Source: Antedon mediterranea
Lineage: Eukaryota; Animalia; Echinodermata
Assembly (NCBI RefSeq): GCF_964355755.1
Contig: NC_092679.1
Location: 464,201-528,200, forward strand
Reading direction: 5' to 3'
Length of the DNA stretch: 64,000 bases
Shown here: in pieces, positions 39,501-58,613 of the stretch
How the letters are laid out: the number at the start of each line of letters is the position of its first letter
Numbering within the stretch: position 1 is the first letter of the stretch
Notes under the pieces: generated by a model
Seen by the model: the letters and a program-made list of their open reading frames with translations, nothing else
Databases searched by the model: none
What the model was told of the DNA's origin: nothing
Position numbers and translations under genes: made by a program

Positions 39501-42242
39501 ACAGTCTTACTACAGTATTCTAAATGAAGTTCTAAATGTATTTACCTAAATTTAACAAACACAGGGAGGTTGTACACTGCTTTGAACAGCCTTCTTTCAT
39601 TCAACCATTGCAAGATTGGTGTTAGCTCTAAGTATTCCTTGCCATCGACATCCTCAATATGCTACACATTTTTTTTTTTAATAATTGGGTAAGAAATGAA
39701 GTCAGTAATTAGGTCATGAGTAAACTGGTTTTAACCAGTTATTTAAAAATAACTAGCTGGACACATGAAAATAATGATGAAAACATGAGAATTAAAAATT
39801 TGATTACTAGGACCCGTTCAGACAAACACCATGTCTGAGCAGGTTTGTTAATTAGCTGCTGTACCCACCAAAAAAAAGCTCTGTCTACACTATCAAACTT
39901 GTAGTAAATTTACATCATCGTCATATCCATATATGGGCACATCACATTTTGTTGTCACATAAAGTTTGAGTTTGAGCTTAATAGGTTTCAACAGATGTCT
40001 TGCAACTACAAATGAAGTATACAGAATTACTAACCATGCCAACTGACGTAGCACTTGCTGTAAAATACAATTTGGAGGATCGGCCCTCTTCAGTTGACAC
40101 AAAATCTAAGTCATAAGGTGTGTACCGCCCTCTAGGATTGTTACGCTCTGTTGGAAGACCATAAACAAATTCTCCGGTATCTTCTAGAATATTGGATGGT
40201 TTAATTTCTGGTTCCTGCAAACAAAAGTAAAAATGTCATGTTGTAGAGCTGGAGTCGAACACCTATTCACCAATAAATAGCCTACTGAGATGTTTAAAGA
40301 TGTATTGTCCCTTTGTCAAATTAAAAAAAAAAAAAAAAAAAAAAAGATTTTAAAAAAAAGTGGGTCATTTTGAAGTATCATAATAGTTATTAATTTTCAC
40401 CAAAAATGAGTTGGAAAAAAAATCATATAACTGAAATACAGACGTTTTTTGGTTCAAAAAATAACTTTGACTTCCAGTCAAAGTTTTATATCAAAACATT
40501 TCTCATAATGCAACGCGCTTATTTGGCTACTCTGTAGGCATAATTATAAAACGTCCTTGCGATCTGTGTGAGAACACCTTCTCATCCGTGACGAGTTGTA
40601 AACAATCCTAATTAGCATCATGCATAATGTATACTCATGGTTTGAAATCTTTGTTTACTTTCGCTTGGGACGATTATCCAGACGAAATGTAATCAAATTA
40701 ATTTAGCTGTTAATTACGTAAAATTGTTGTTTTGGCTCGAATTTTCGACTTAAGGTGAAAAACTTTAATATTACTTTGATATGGCCAATTTAAATTTAGA
40801 ATATTTTGACCTTCATTTTTTTGTGTATTAAGGGACAATACATCTTTAACTATAAAGAAATACTATACATACATTTTGAGTTTCATTTTCCACTTTTGGT
40901 TCCAAAGCAGCGACCTTGTCTTTAACCCCCACACCATGACGTGGTAACTTCATGGTCAATCCAATCTTCCCCACACCATGACGTGGTAACTTCATGGTCA
41001 ATCCAATCTTCTTTCGCATCTTCACAATGTGGAATACAACATCTTTTGGCCCAACATCTAATAAATTATATTATTGGAATAGTTAATAGATTAGAAGCTG
41101 GTTTATTTAAAAGCAAGTGTATACAACAAAAACTAGTTACAACGAGCCATTTTTAAGGCCATTATTGTTCTTCACTTTAAACATTTTCAATTAACAGATT
41201 ATAATTTAATGGAACCTAAAGCTCTGTCTAAACTATCAAACTTTATGTGACGAAAAAAATGTGATGTGCCCATATATGGACATGATGATGTCATATCACT
41301 ACAAAATTTGGGCACACCACTCTTTTTTTGTAAAACTAGTTTGATAGTGTGAACAGAGCTTTACACATACCAAGATGGTCCAACACCACTAGTCTTGAAT
41401 TAAACTTTTCTTGTAAAACAGTTTCATGTGACGTGACTGATGCATCATCCTCCTCGTCATCAAGATTAATACTTTGACTGTCTTCAGCTGCGATGACACT
41501 CTCCGCCTTCTTATCAGGGGTTACGGGTGATACATCGGTTGGCCTTACATTCTGATTACCGTCAATACTCACCTCATCATTACTGCAAAATAACATAACC
41601 ATACAACAGCCAATAAGACTTTATTAGGGCATTAATATCAGGACAAACACAACTAATTGTTTTTAAATAAGAAGAATAAAAGTTAGTAAAAGTTGGTGGC
41701 AGAAAACAATTCTCAATACAGAGTACAATTTGTAACTTAAACCTAAACTGTTGTTACCTTTTCTCTATACCATCTCTTAATTCAATCTCCCTACTCTTCT
41801 TCTTTTCTCTCTGCTGTTTGAGACGATTTTGATCTTCTTTAAAAAAGGTTGTCCTAAATGCTGCCCTTCGGTTTGGTCTTCCAGTCGGAGGGCTAGGTAT
41901 AACATTCGAAACCTTTAACACAAAAAGCAAAAACTTTTTATTTTTTGTGCAAAAAAATTTGTTGAGAAGTTCCCTTATTTTGAGTTTAATTTTACCAGTT
42001 TATTGACAGTGTACGTAATCTGCAGAATATTTTACCTGTGGTTTTCCGCCCAGCTTCAGGCTCCGGAAGACTTGTGCATCTTCTGGTCGATCATACAATC
42101 TACTTTTGAGGTCAAGTGGCTTTCTAACAGGTTGGTTTTGCTCAATTGGATGTGCAAATTTAACTGGATTTATTCCATTGTTCGATTTGGTCCTGTTTTT
42201 TGTATTTAGGTAGCCTACACTACCAGTGTCTTGATCTGCCAT
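6486..42242 (-). CDS. DNAH14: Axonemal dynein heavy chain, DNAH14/DNAH6-like, multi-exon (several dozen exons); apparently lacking part of the tail
   Basis: Ordered GT-AG exons: N-terminal [15 protein letters not shown] (~39.3 kb), [16 protein letters not shown] (~35.0 kb), linker [16 protein letters not shown] (~32.3 kb), AAA1 [15 protein letters not shown] (30.2/29.7 kb), AAA2 [11 protein letters not shown]3 [11 protein letters not shown]4 GMDGTGKS, stalk, AAA5 [14 protein letters not shown]6 [10 protein letters not shown]-terminal [23 protein letters not shown]...[14 protein letters not shown] (TGA at 6486-6488). The start ATG (42242 vs 42266) and the DNAH14 vs DNAH6 assignment are less certain than the family call. 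Confidence 0.9.
7713..7861. mobile_element. PIF/Harbinger-like MITE family A, representative of ~19 copies
   Basis: TIR AGCTCTGTCTACACTATCAAAC, usually in TAA/TTA context. Other copies (approximate, some truncated): 9382, 10069, 13802, 15444, 18251, 24629, 28717, 33963, 34759, 36108, 38448, 39877, 41220, 51039, 51541, 53065, 58044, 60385. Confidence 0.88.
9007..9159. mobile_element. Tc1/pogo-like MITE
   Basis: TA|CAGTCAACTCTC...GAGAGATGACTG|TA; a related inverted copy lies at ~29953-30072. Confidence 0.75.
9903..10056. repeat. Tandem repeat, 53 bp x3
   Basis: Units start at 9903, 9956 and 10009. Confidence 0.92.
10585..10660 (+). mobile_element. tRNA-derived SINE head
   Basis: A-box-like TGGTGGTTA and B-box GGTTCAAGTCC; no intact acceptor stem. 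Similar to 33625-33690 (-). Confidence 0.55.
11560..11825 (+). mobile_element. RTE-like LINE 3' fragment
   Basis: [11 protein letters not shown]...KRPRG*PK motifs followed by a (GAT)n tail. Confidence 0.65.
11780..12272. repeat. Minisatellite, ~60 bp x8, with variable (GAT)n
   Basis: aaaatgcgctatgtcgcaagctgtacagccttta(tga)n aagatgaagaagtg repeated. Confidence 0.95.
13802..13960. mobile_element. MITE family A copy
   Basis: agctatgtctacactatc...gatagtatagacagagct. Confidence 0.85.
18251..18389. mobile_element. MITE family A copy abutting a splice donor
   Basis: Both TIRs intact; right end is adjacent to ttacc (donor on the minus strand). Confidence 0.85.
19159..19320. mobile_element. Small MITE
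   Basis: Terminal inverted repeat TTAATAGGGAG...CTCCCTATTAA. Confidence 0.6.
23232..23415. repeat. Tandem duplication, 90 bp x2
   Basis: Units start at 23232 and 23322. Confidence 0.9.
25193..25361. repeat. Tandem repeat, ~48-bp core x3
   Basis: aaaatgacaatgctgtgggtatcagtggctggatctcaatggagatac. Confidence 0.9.
25413..25455 (-). ncRNA. Minimal type I hammerhead ribozyme motif (Penelope-like element remnant)
   Basis: Minus strand: TTGCA-CTGATGA-A-GGGC-TAGTGTT-GCCC-GAAA-GC-TC-TGC. This gives the conserved core, stem II, a palindromic AGCT stem III and GCA/TGC stem I. Confidence 0.7.
31985..32261. repeat. ~138-bp tandem duplication of an intron plus exon end
   Basis: Two near-identical copies, each with donor CAG|GTCAGT on the minus strand. 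Confidence 0.92.
33625..33690 (-). mobile_element. tRNA-derived SINE head
   Basis: GTAGCTCGGTGGTTAA...CTTCCAA...GGTTCAATCCTG, with broken cloverleaf stems. Confidence 0.55.
33963..34111. mobile_element. MITE family A copy
   Basis: TIRs plus internal catatcactaccatatttggg repeats. Confidence 0.8.
37171..38097 (+). mobile_element. Non-autonomous Helitron
   Basis: A|TC 5' end (TCTAAATTATAAG...GTTTGTTTG), subterminal hairpin ACCCGCCC-TG-GGGCGGGT (38069-38086), CTAG|T 3' end, no TSD, and an internal ~100-bp duplication. Confidence 0.85.
40298..40845. mobile_element. TTAA-flanked non-autonomous DNA transposon (Kolobok-like), copy 1
   Basis: TTAA|AGATGTATTGTCCC...GGGACAATACATCT|TTAA; a similar copy lies at 48985-49488. 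Confidence 0.85.
40927..41010. repeat. Exonic perfect 42-bp duplication
   Basis: ccccacaccatgacgtggtaacttcatggtcaatccaatctt x2. Confidence 0.92.
41220..41360. mobile_element. MITE family A copy
   Basis: agctctgtctaaactatc...gatagtgtgaacagagct. Confidence 0.85.
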
Positions 42243-42504
42243 TTCAATACATCTCTTATAATTCATTCATCTGAAATTTCAAGAAGCATGAAGACAATAT
42301 TTACATAGTCCAAGCATAGCCCTCCCCTGAACGGTGTCAATTTATTTCAAAATGGTAATATACAACATAAATCAATTTGCAATACAATGACTATCATAAT
42401 ATAGTTTTTAAACAAATGAAAAAAAAATGCCCTTCCTCCCCTGAACATTATTCAGAGTTTGACGCTAAAAAGTACATTTTTACAGTATATTTTTAATTTG
42501 ACAT

Positions 42505-42845
42505 AAGCTAGGGCCTACACTAGCTAGGCCTAGAGTGAGTAGCCTAGCCTAGCTAGGCCTAATATAATAGGCCTACTATAGCTAGCAGTAGTAAAACCCC
42601 TCTATCTACTCTAGGCTAGGCCTACCTACATCCTACTAGGCTATATAAGGCCTAGGGTTAACCTAGGCCCTATAGGCTAGAGAGAGGCCTAGCCCAGAGG
42701 GGTAGGCTAGTAGAGGAGTACCTAGGCCTAGGCTAGGCTAGCCTATACTGACTACTAGGCTAGAATAGCTAGGCCTAGACTAGAGAGGGATTGATTCCCC
42801 TTTAATTTACTATGTAATATACTAGCCTAGCCTAGGCCCTAGATT
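42505..42845. repeat. TAGGCCTA/CTAG-rich low-complexity tract
   Basis: Dense ctaggcctag and taggcta words. Confidence 0.85.
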
Positions 42846-42849
42846 TGAA

Positions 42850-43430
42850 TTGTTAATTTTTCGGATCTTTTAATCAAGTTAAAATATATATACTTTGTTA
42901 TAACATATATAAATATGTCATGTTACATTAATTAATTCAGATGTCTTTTTTATTTTAGCTTGTCAATCCTATAGCAACCAGTGTTTAATTGATGTTCTAT
43001 TTCTCCGAAAATAAGATACGCCGATGATGTATTTAAACATACATCTTCATAAAAAAAATGAATTAATAATTTAATAAAGTTCAAACAAATTTTTAAACAC
43101 ATCTAAAAATCTAAATTTATATTTTTAATTGTGAAATGTGATGTTTTGTGCGTTAAACCAATGGACACAGAATTGGCGTTCCATATAAAATTGCTAATTT
43201 CAATCATTTAATAAGAACGGTCGCCGTGTTGATAGAGAATCGTACATATAGCTCACTGCAAAATAGAGGGCGATGTTAAATTTGAACTGTGTACCTTTGA
43301 TTTTGAAAACAAAAACAAAGAGGTTGTGAACGTTAGAAGATCAGGTGAAAAACCTATCTTTTGAATTCTATTTATTTATCAAATCTAATCATTAGTTATT
43401 TATATATTTAAAAAAAATTATGATTACTAT
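42850..43430. promoter_or_regulatory. Putative bidirectional promoter of the dynein and DZANK1 genes
   Basis: Lies between divergent genes whose first coding exons are both preceded by acceptors (42270 -, 47105 +). Candidate donor ATCAG|GTGAAA at ~43344. RFX half-site-like CTATAGCAAC at 42969-42978. Confidence 0.5.
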
Positions 43431-43432
43431 AT

Positions 43433-43670
43433 TTAGGCTAGGCCTAGGCCTTTCTAGCTAGGCTAGGCCTAAAGTTTGGTTTAACCGGTATGGACATGAT
43501 ATGACATGTCATGGTAGTAGGCCTAGAGTAGTAGTAGTACAGTAGTAGGTAGGCATGCCATTACTAGTCTCTAGGCCTAGGCTAGTACTAGTAGGAGTAG
43601 GTAGGTAATAGAGGGGGAGGTAGAGCCTACATGCAATCAATGTGCCAATAGCCTAGACCTAGCTAGGCAT
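43433..43670. repeat. TAGGCCTA/CTAG-rich low-complexity tract
   Basis: Dense ctaggcctag and agtagtag words. Confidence 0.8.
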
Positions 43671-43703
43671 TATTGCTACTTTGTACAGGTAGGTATACTC
43701 GAC

Positions 43704-46700
43704 TGGGTGTGTCGAAAGCGAAGAACTCGAAAGCGAAGATCGAAGACCGAAGACCTCGAAAGCGAAGACCCTACGAAATGGTAGTGTGCACAAAATCCGA
43801 CCAAAATCATACAAAATCGTGATAACACCTTGAATTTACAGATTCTAAAAAAATATTTCGATTTTAATTTTTACGTTATCAAAAAACATGACTTTATCTA
43901 TGAACAGGCTGACGCGTTTTCACCAATGGAGTTAATATGTGATATGGTTTTACGAACAAACACATCGCGCTATTTGCAAGGCGACGGACGCACAAGAAGG
44001 ACCTCGCACAGAGCATTGAATTGAATGCAAAATTAAATGTCACTTTTGTTCCGATAACTTTGTAGCACACGTCGCCTACAATTTAAACCCATAGCCAATT
44101 GTTTATAAGTATAGAAATAAACTACATAAAGTAAATTGTAAGAAGTAAAGGATAGCGGTAGGCTTTTTTTAGGCTTATTTTAGAGCCTATATAAAAAGTG
44201 TCCGTATTTTGATTTTATATGTTGCTATGTGTTTTTTATCTATAATATTTGCCTATTGTTTATTATCTAAATGTATAAATAAATACAATAAGATATTCAT
44301 TTTCCTGTATTGTATTTAAACTTTTACATTTTCCCATTGTATACTATTGCTGTTTTACTTAATCGCCAGTTTCAAAATGTTTTCTAATGTATTCATAATA
44401 GACAAATAATATATCAGTATCAGAATATTTAGTGTGGTTGGTGAAACGACAGTAGGCCTACTACTATGTAAAGAAAAATTTAAAAAGGAAAATAAATATT
44501 TCATTAACCAACGTATAAACCACTAACAAAAAAATCCTGCCACAACGTATCGTATTGATGCGCAACGTAAAGAAAATACTCATCTATCTATTTTGCATCC
44601 CCTCACGATCGAAAAGATCATTATGATGAACGTAAAGCAGAAACGGTGTGTTGAACACGTCGATTCCCACTTGTGATGACACGCAAGGTTATTTCCTTAA
44701 GCTTGGTTCCCACTAGAACGTAACGCAAGAACGTACACGCAACGCAAGCGTTTTAACCAATGACAAGCGAAGTTATAGACAATTAGCAATCAGAAGCGAA
44801 TAAGCCATCGCTTGTGATTGGTCAATTCACTTGCGTTGCGTTACGTCCTTGTGTTGCGTCGCTAGACCACGCATTACGGTGCACTTTGCGTGGATACGTT
44901 GCGTCGATCTGAAAACAAATTTCAGCTCTTAAAATATTTCCCGGGCCGATGACAGTTCGTCCCAATAGCTTACCGTGAACTAACGGAACTTTATTTTATA
45001 TCTTTTTATTGTCAAAATCAAAAATTAAACTGTATTCAAATTAATAGGCCTACTGTAGAACGAACGATAGGCATCACATTCTGAAGATTTTGCTCGATCG
45101 TTAACCCGTTATAATAGTATATAATTCTCTTAGATTTGTTTGTGTAGTGTCAATTCTATATTTAAATGGTCAGTATACAACCGGTAACCTGTTTCTTCAT
45201 TTTTTTTAAATTTATATTTTCTTTTGTTAATGGAGACTCATGGCAGGGATATGCAAACATTTAGAAGCGGGACGTCGACAATCTGTTGAAAAAATCGGGA
45301 GACTGTTGAATAGTCGTCTCATCCCACAAGCCTGTGAAATAGAAGGTTGGGGGTTAGAGTGGTTAAGCCCGATAAAAATTCACCATCCTTAACAAAGACA
45401 TGTATAGAGAGTAACTCTTTTTTTTTGTATTCACCACGGGCAATGCTTCAGAAGTCAGTTTTTTTACTTTGATGATAAGGACAATTGTGGTTGGCGGAAC
45501 TGGAACTTCATTAAACTGTCTGGAACTGGAAATGTCTTTTGACAGTGTCGGTAAACGTAATACCGATATAAATAAACACCCGTTTTAATATCGTCACTAA
45601 TCACATTGCAACCGTAACAAAATCGACAATTTTGAAGCGAATATTTTTTATTTCAATCTTTGTTTTGAATGGCTTTTGTCTTTGTTAACGTTGACATAAT
45701 GGCATAATTAAATGTTATTCTGAATTATGGAAGCCGTGAAACAGATGATATGTCGCAGGAAACGATCGATTATAACCAAAATTTGCAGAACGCTGATTCC
45801 TATCGTTCGTTCTTTTTAGCTTTTTGTCAAATCATAATTTGAATATGTTCTATCAAATTTGGCCTGGAAATATTTTAAGAGCTGGATTTAGTTTCCAGAT
45901 CCACGCAAAGTGCGCATTAAGAACAAACTTGCGTGTCCTCACAAGTGGGAACTGACGTGTTCAACACCGTTTATGCCTTCATCGTAATGATTCTCTCGTG
46001 AGGGGATGCAAAATAGAGTATTTTCTTATGTTGCGCGTCAATACGATACGTTGCGGCAGGATGTTTTTGTTAGCTTATTCGCTTGTGATTGCTAACTGTC
46101 TATAACTTCGATTGTCATTGGTTAAAACGCTTGCGTTGCGTTTACGTCCTTGCGTTACGTTCTAGTGGGAACCAAGCTGTTCATACGTTGGTTAATGAAA
46201 TATTTATTTTACTTTTTACATTTTTCTTCTTTACATATTACTGTCGCTTCACCAATCACACTAACCGATACTGATAATATTATTTGTCCATTATTATTAG
46301 AAAAACATTTTTAAACTGGCGAATAATTAAATCAGCAATACTACAGTATAGGCTAAAATGGGGAAAATGTAGTGACGTTTAAAATACTATACAGAATAAT
46401 TAAAGGAAAATAAATATCTTATTGTATTTATTCATACATTTTAGATAATATGCAAATATTATAGATAATAAACATAATATCAACATATTTAAATGCAAAA
46501 AAAAAAAGGATCTCTAAGTTGTATTCACGCGTATAACATTTTTTTAAAACAAGTGTAAAATCTATGATACGGACACTTTTTATATAGGCTCTAAAATTAG
46601 CCTAAATAGGGCTATCGCAATCCTTTAATTCTTATAATTTACATATTGTAGTTTATTTCTATACTTTTCTATACAATTTGGCTATGGTTTTAAATTGTAG

Positions 46701-47031
46701 GCATTGCATTCAATTCAATGCTCTGTGCGATGTCCTTCTTGTGCGTCCGTCGCCTTGCAAATAGCGCGATGTGTTTGTTCGTAAAACCATATCACATATT
46801 AACTCCATTGGAGAATACACGTGAGCTTGTTCATAGATAAAGTCATGTTTTTTGATAACATAACGATTAAAATCGAAATATTTTTTTAGAATCTGTAAAT
46901 TCAAGGTGTTATCATCAGTTGTGTGTGATTTTGGTCCGATTTTGTGTACACTACCATTTCGTAGGGTCTTCGCTTTCGAGGTCTTCGGTCTTCGATCTTC
47001 GCTTTCGAGGTCTTCGCTTTCAACACACCCA
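43704..47031. mobile_element. 3.3-kb non-autonomous foldback / MULE-like DNA transposon with very long inverted arms
   Basis: Ends TGGGTGTGT...ACACACCCA flanked by direct repeat TACTCGAC (43696-43703; 47032-47039). Inverted similarity is traceable in blocks to ~45080 vs ~45790. Subterminal CGAAGACCTCGAAAG repeats. No transposase ORF seen. Superfamily uncertain. Confidence 0.88.
44699..44866. mobile_element. MITE family B (AAGCTTGGTTCCCACTAG...) nested in the foldback arm
   Basis: Internal inverted symmetry (acgcaacgcaag...cttgcgttgcgt). Related copies at ~46072-46177, ~58321-58470 and ~59350-59482. Confidence 0.7.
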
Positions 47032-47119
47032 TACTCGACCACCATGCAGATGTAGGCTACATGTACATATATTTAATTTATTTTTGATTTTTATTTTACT
47101 TTCAGTAACTAAAAAATAG

Positions 47120-54508
<7,389 letters not shown>

Positions 54509-57500
54509 TCTGTTTGAAAATAGCAATATTAGAATTTTATAAATAAAAGTTTAGCCGATACTCAGTATCTGTAATGACCAGTATCATAGGTAAATTCTGT
54601 AATACAGTGTCACATATGTATCACATGTGATGCCTGTATCATTAGACCATAAGCCTAACCTTAACGTACGACTGCCACATGTGATACTTTATTACAGAAT
54701 TTGTTAAGATAAAGCGAATCGGTGGTTGTGTTTAATCTTTAAATTTTATGGTTCGTTGTAATTAGGATATAGACATTACATTTGGTGGAAGAGTGATCAA
54801 ACAATTATTAATTATTTATGTAAAACATTTAATATCATTGATCAAATATTAAAGCTCCTAAATTTAAGGTTATATTTTTGAAAATGAGAAATTTTGCAAA
54901 ATAGTACCTGATCAAATAATGTGTGTAATTATATTTTTAAACCTTGTTTATTTATAGTTGATTGTATTTAAATGATCATTAATCATGACCTGTAATTCTT
55001 TTATTGTAATTGTCCCACACCAGGGTAATAAATTAACTGTCTACCTTGCTTTACTTCAACAGCCTATAAAGGAATCTCATATTTCATAATTCCCTAGGTG
55101 TTTATTAATTTTTCATAACCATGTCAACCATGAGTCCCATAAGGTAAAAACATTAAAGTTGCATTTCTACATCTGCCTCATTATCCCTCTTGGATTAATG
55201 TGGATATTTTGTAATGAGTAAATGTGTCAATTCAGGTGATTTTGTGATTAATATTTTGAAATAAATTGTTTGCTATTTGTATGCCTTGTATTTTGAATGA
55301 ATTGTGATAAATTCACTATAATGCATTTGAATTGTCATTGGTTAATGGGACACGCACTACGCATTGGATCAATCAAAATAAATATTCTTTTTAGTAGATA
55401 AGGAGCTATGTAATTGGTCAGATGTTTTCCTTACTCTGACGTAATGTACTTTATGCAAATTTCATTGAAAATAACGCTTATGTATAAAGTACAGTTGCGT
55501 CATAGTGGGGGTGAAACCTGACCAATTACAAAGTATTTTTTAACGACGATGTTCAATATATTAGTTTTCCATAATCTTTTAATATATCACCCACGGCCAT
55601 GAAACCTTGATATTCAATTTGATTTATTTTTAATCGCACTTTTGTAGCACTAAATGTTTGCCGCCTAAATAGAATATTCCATCCAGAAATGTGTTTTTAA
55701 GATTAATATTTTGTGTAATATTCTTTTATACATTTTAATACAGTACTCCAATGTATGTGATATATAGGCCTAGAGTAGAATAGTCCGTCCAACACCTTGT
55801 TATTAAAATTGTATTAATATAATAATGAAAAAAATGATATTCTTTTAATATATTTATTATGGATTTTACTTTGGTAGATGTCAATAGGCCTACTCCAATT
55901 TCATGTATTGTATTCTGTTTTAAATTTGACCGAATAATACCAAAGCCACAATATTGTCTTTTTGGTCTCGTTATTACTAAGTACATGCTTACTTTAAGTC
56001 TCCTACCTACTTGTTATTTAACCACATACAAGTGTGATGGCACGCTTGTAAGGTTTTAGCCAACTATTCGCTTAAGGCAGTCCTCAGCAATCAACCGTGT
56101 TTTTCCTCAGGAAAAATTATATGATTATAATTTGTATATTATTATTTTAATTATTAAAGAATTCCATCAATTAAATTTCCAATTGATCAAGAAAACACTA
56201 GAGCAGTTATTGAACTCACATTGTCGAGACGATTTTGTATTTTTTCAGTTTTATGGGCTGCGTCTCACAAGCCTTTTTTCCCTTTTTTAGTTAACCAAAT
56301 TATTAATAATAATAACTTTTAAGAGAAATACATGTTACTTATAACTGTAGGTGTGGTCTCTATGGTATGGGAGAGATTAATCACGGACTGCCATGTCAAT
56401 GTTGATTAAACCCAACTGTACTTAAACAGAATTTAAAAGTAGGCCCTATATCACAACGAAACGTTTGTCAATAAATATTCATTTGTTTAATAGGTCTTGG
56501 CAATAACATACATACAATATAAAATATTATTTATAACATTATGACGGAATTATTAATACCGGTAACTAAATACTATGAACCGAACTTTACGATTAAATCA
56601 TTTTGCAACAAAATATTCCGATCTGCGGTACGGTGGAATTATTCTACATCTGACGCACTTGACAAAAACGCGCTCAACATTTTCTTATAATTTCATTTCA
56701 GACAGTTTAATTGGTACTGGTACCGATAAAAATAAAATTTGATAATAGAGGCTATTATAATAATTAATTTGATATGGTGAATGAATTTGTAGAGAAACAC
56801 GTTTCAAATGGACCACACATTGTTGACAACAGTACACGTACTATACATACTTCACAGTATGGTGCCGGACGACCTGGTGCTCGACATGAAACTGGCTCGG
56901 AAAAGGCAGGCAACAGCGACAGTGCAAGACGACCGGCTCAGTGTGATCTTGCGACTGTGAGGGCAACTCATGTTTTTATATGATGTAATAAGTACCGCAA
57001 AGTTTGTAATTATGCCTATCAATTTAAACACATTCTTTAAGTGTCTCTCAACCTGTACAAATGTACCACCGGAATTTTGATGTTTCTATTCACTTACCCG
57101 TCATGTACTTTAGTTGCTCAGTTCATTGATTGGTAATATAAATCCACAGAATCTTCATGAATTCAGTATAAATCCAAAGTAAAATAAATCCGTACAATTA
57201 AGTATATATAAATCCATAATTATTGGTATTATCTGAGTAAAGTAAAACTGTATGTATGAGATCCTCGCTAACGCGTGGCCGCTGTACAATCTTTTAGTTA
57301 CAAGTGTCGGTTTCCAGGTGTACAAATAATTTGCATACATTCTACATACGATTACTGTACACTTAGACAACGTATTCGATTCCCGATAATTTAGAATCGT
57401 TTCACAATTAGTTTTAATTCGGCATAGTTAGAAATATATAAAATTTTTACGAGCTTTTTTTCGCATAATAATATAAAATTATAACATTTAGCGCTTTGAT

Positions 57501-57640
57501 TATTTTATTTAATGTAAATTTAGTGAATTCAAGACAAGATTGTTTTCAGTAATTAAATTACAGAAAATACAATATGAAAATTACACGAAACGAAAGCTCT
57601 ATCGACAATCAAGCGCGCGCGTGTTAACCCGTTTGAAATC

Positions 57641-57806
57641 CTATTCTAATTACACAGCGTCCGATGAAGCTTATTTATATTTCTATTCTAATTACACAGC
57701 GTTCGATGAAGCTTATTTATATTCCTATTCTAATTACACAGCGTCCGATGAAGCTTATTTATATTCCTATTCTAATTACACAGCGTCCGATGAAGCTTAT
57801 TTATAT
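57641..57806. repeat. Tandem repeat, 42 bp x4
   Basis: ctattctaattacacagcgtccgatgaagcttatttatattc. Confidence 0.95.
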
Positions 57807-58613
57807 CATTATTTAATAATATCCGTTTGCCGAAGTTTACTGAAATGAAATTATAAAACTGTCAATATATAATGCCACTTTAATAGTGATAATAATATTA
57901 TATAAAATGTACAGTTTGTTCATATTATACATGATATTTACACTGCGAACATTAATACCCTGAATTTCATTTTTAAGCAGTCGATAGCGACACGAGATTA
58001 ACCAAAACATTTGTCGGTGACGCCCTGAGAAAATAAAAACTAAAGCTCTGTCTACACTATCAAACTAGTTTGATGTGCCCAAATATGGTAGGGATATGAA
58101 ATCATTATCCATTATGGGAACATCACATGTTTATGTCGCATCAATTTTGATAGTGTAGACAGAGTATAATATATCTCAATATCAAGTAAAAAAAAACACG
58201 TAACCCGTTTGGAATAACACAAATATTGAATGAAATTCCACATGCCTCAACTATCTCACAATACTATACCAATATTATATCACTTATCAACGACCACTGA
58301 GACGATTACTACGAACGTTAAAGCTTCGTTCCCACTGTGACGCAACAAAGAACGTAAGCCGTACGCACGTAATTTGACCAATCACGATACGCTGGATCAT
58401 CCAAACTGTGTCGCTTGTGATTGGTCAAATTACTTGGTTGCCCTTACGTCATGGCGTTATGTTCAAGTGAGTTCAGTGCCTTATAATGAAAAACAATGTT
58501 CATTATATTATTTTTACGTTCAACTTATTATATACTGGTACCATAGGTACTTGTTCATACACTAATATACTGCTGTGGAATGCAACCGTGTTTCTTTTGG
58601 CAATTTTTTTTTT

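Noticed and set aside
43830-47045. Twin ORFs 43830-44024 (+) and 46710-47045 (-) with near-identical peptides
   Set aside because: They are mirror images produced by the transposon's inverted arms, with no recognisable domain.
57540-57848. ORF with YSNYTASDEAYLY repeats
   Set aside because: An artefact of a 42-bp (3n) tandem repeat; no splice or homology support.
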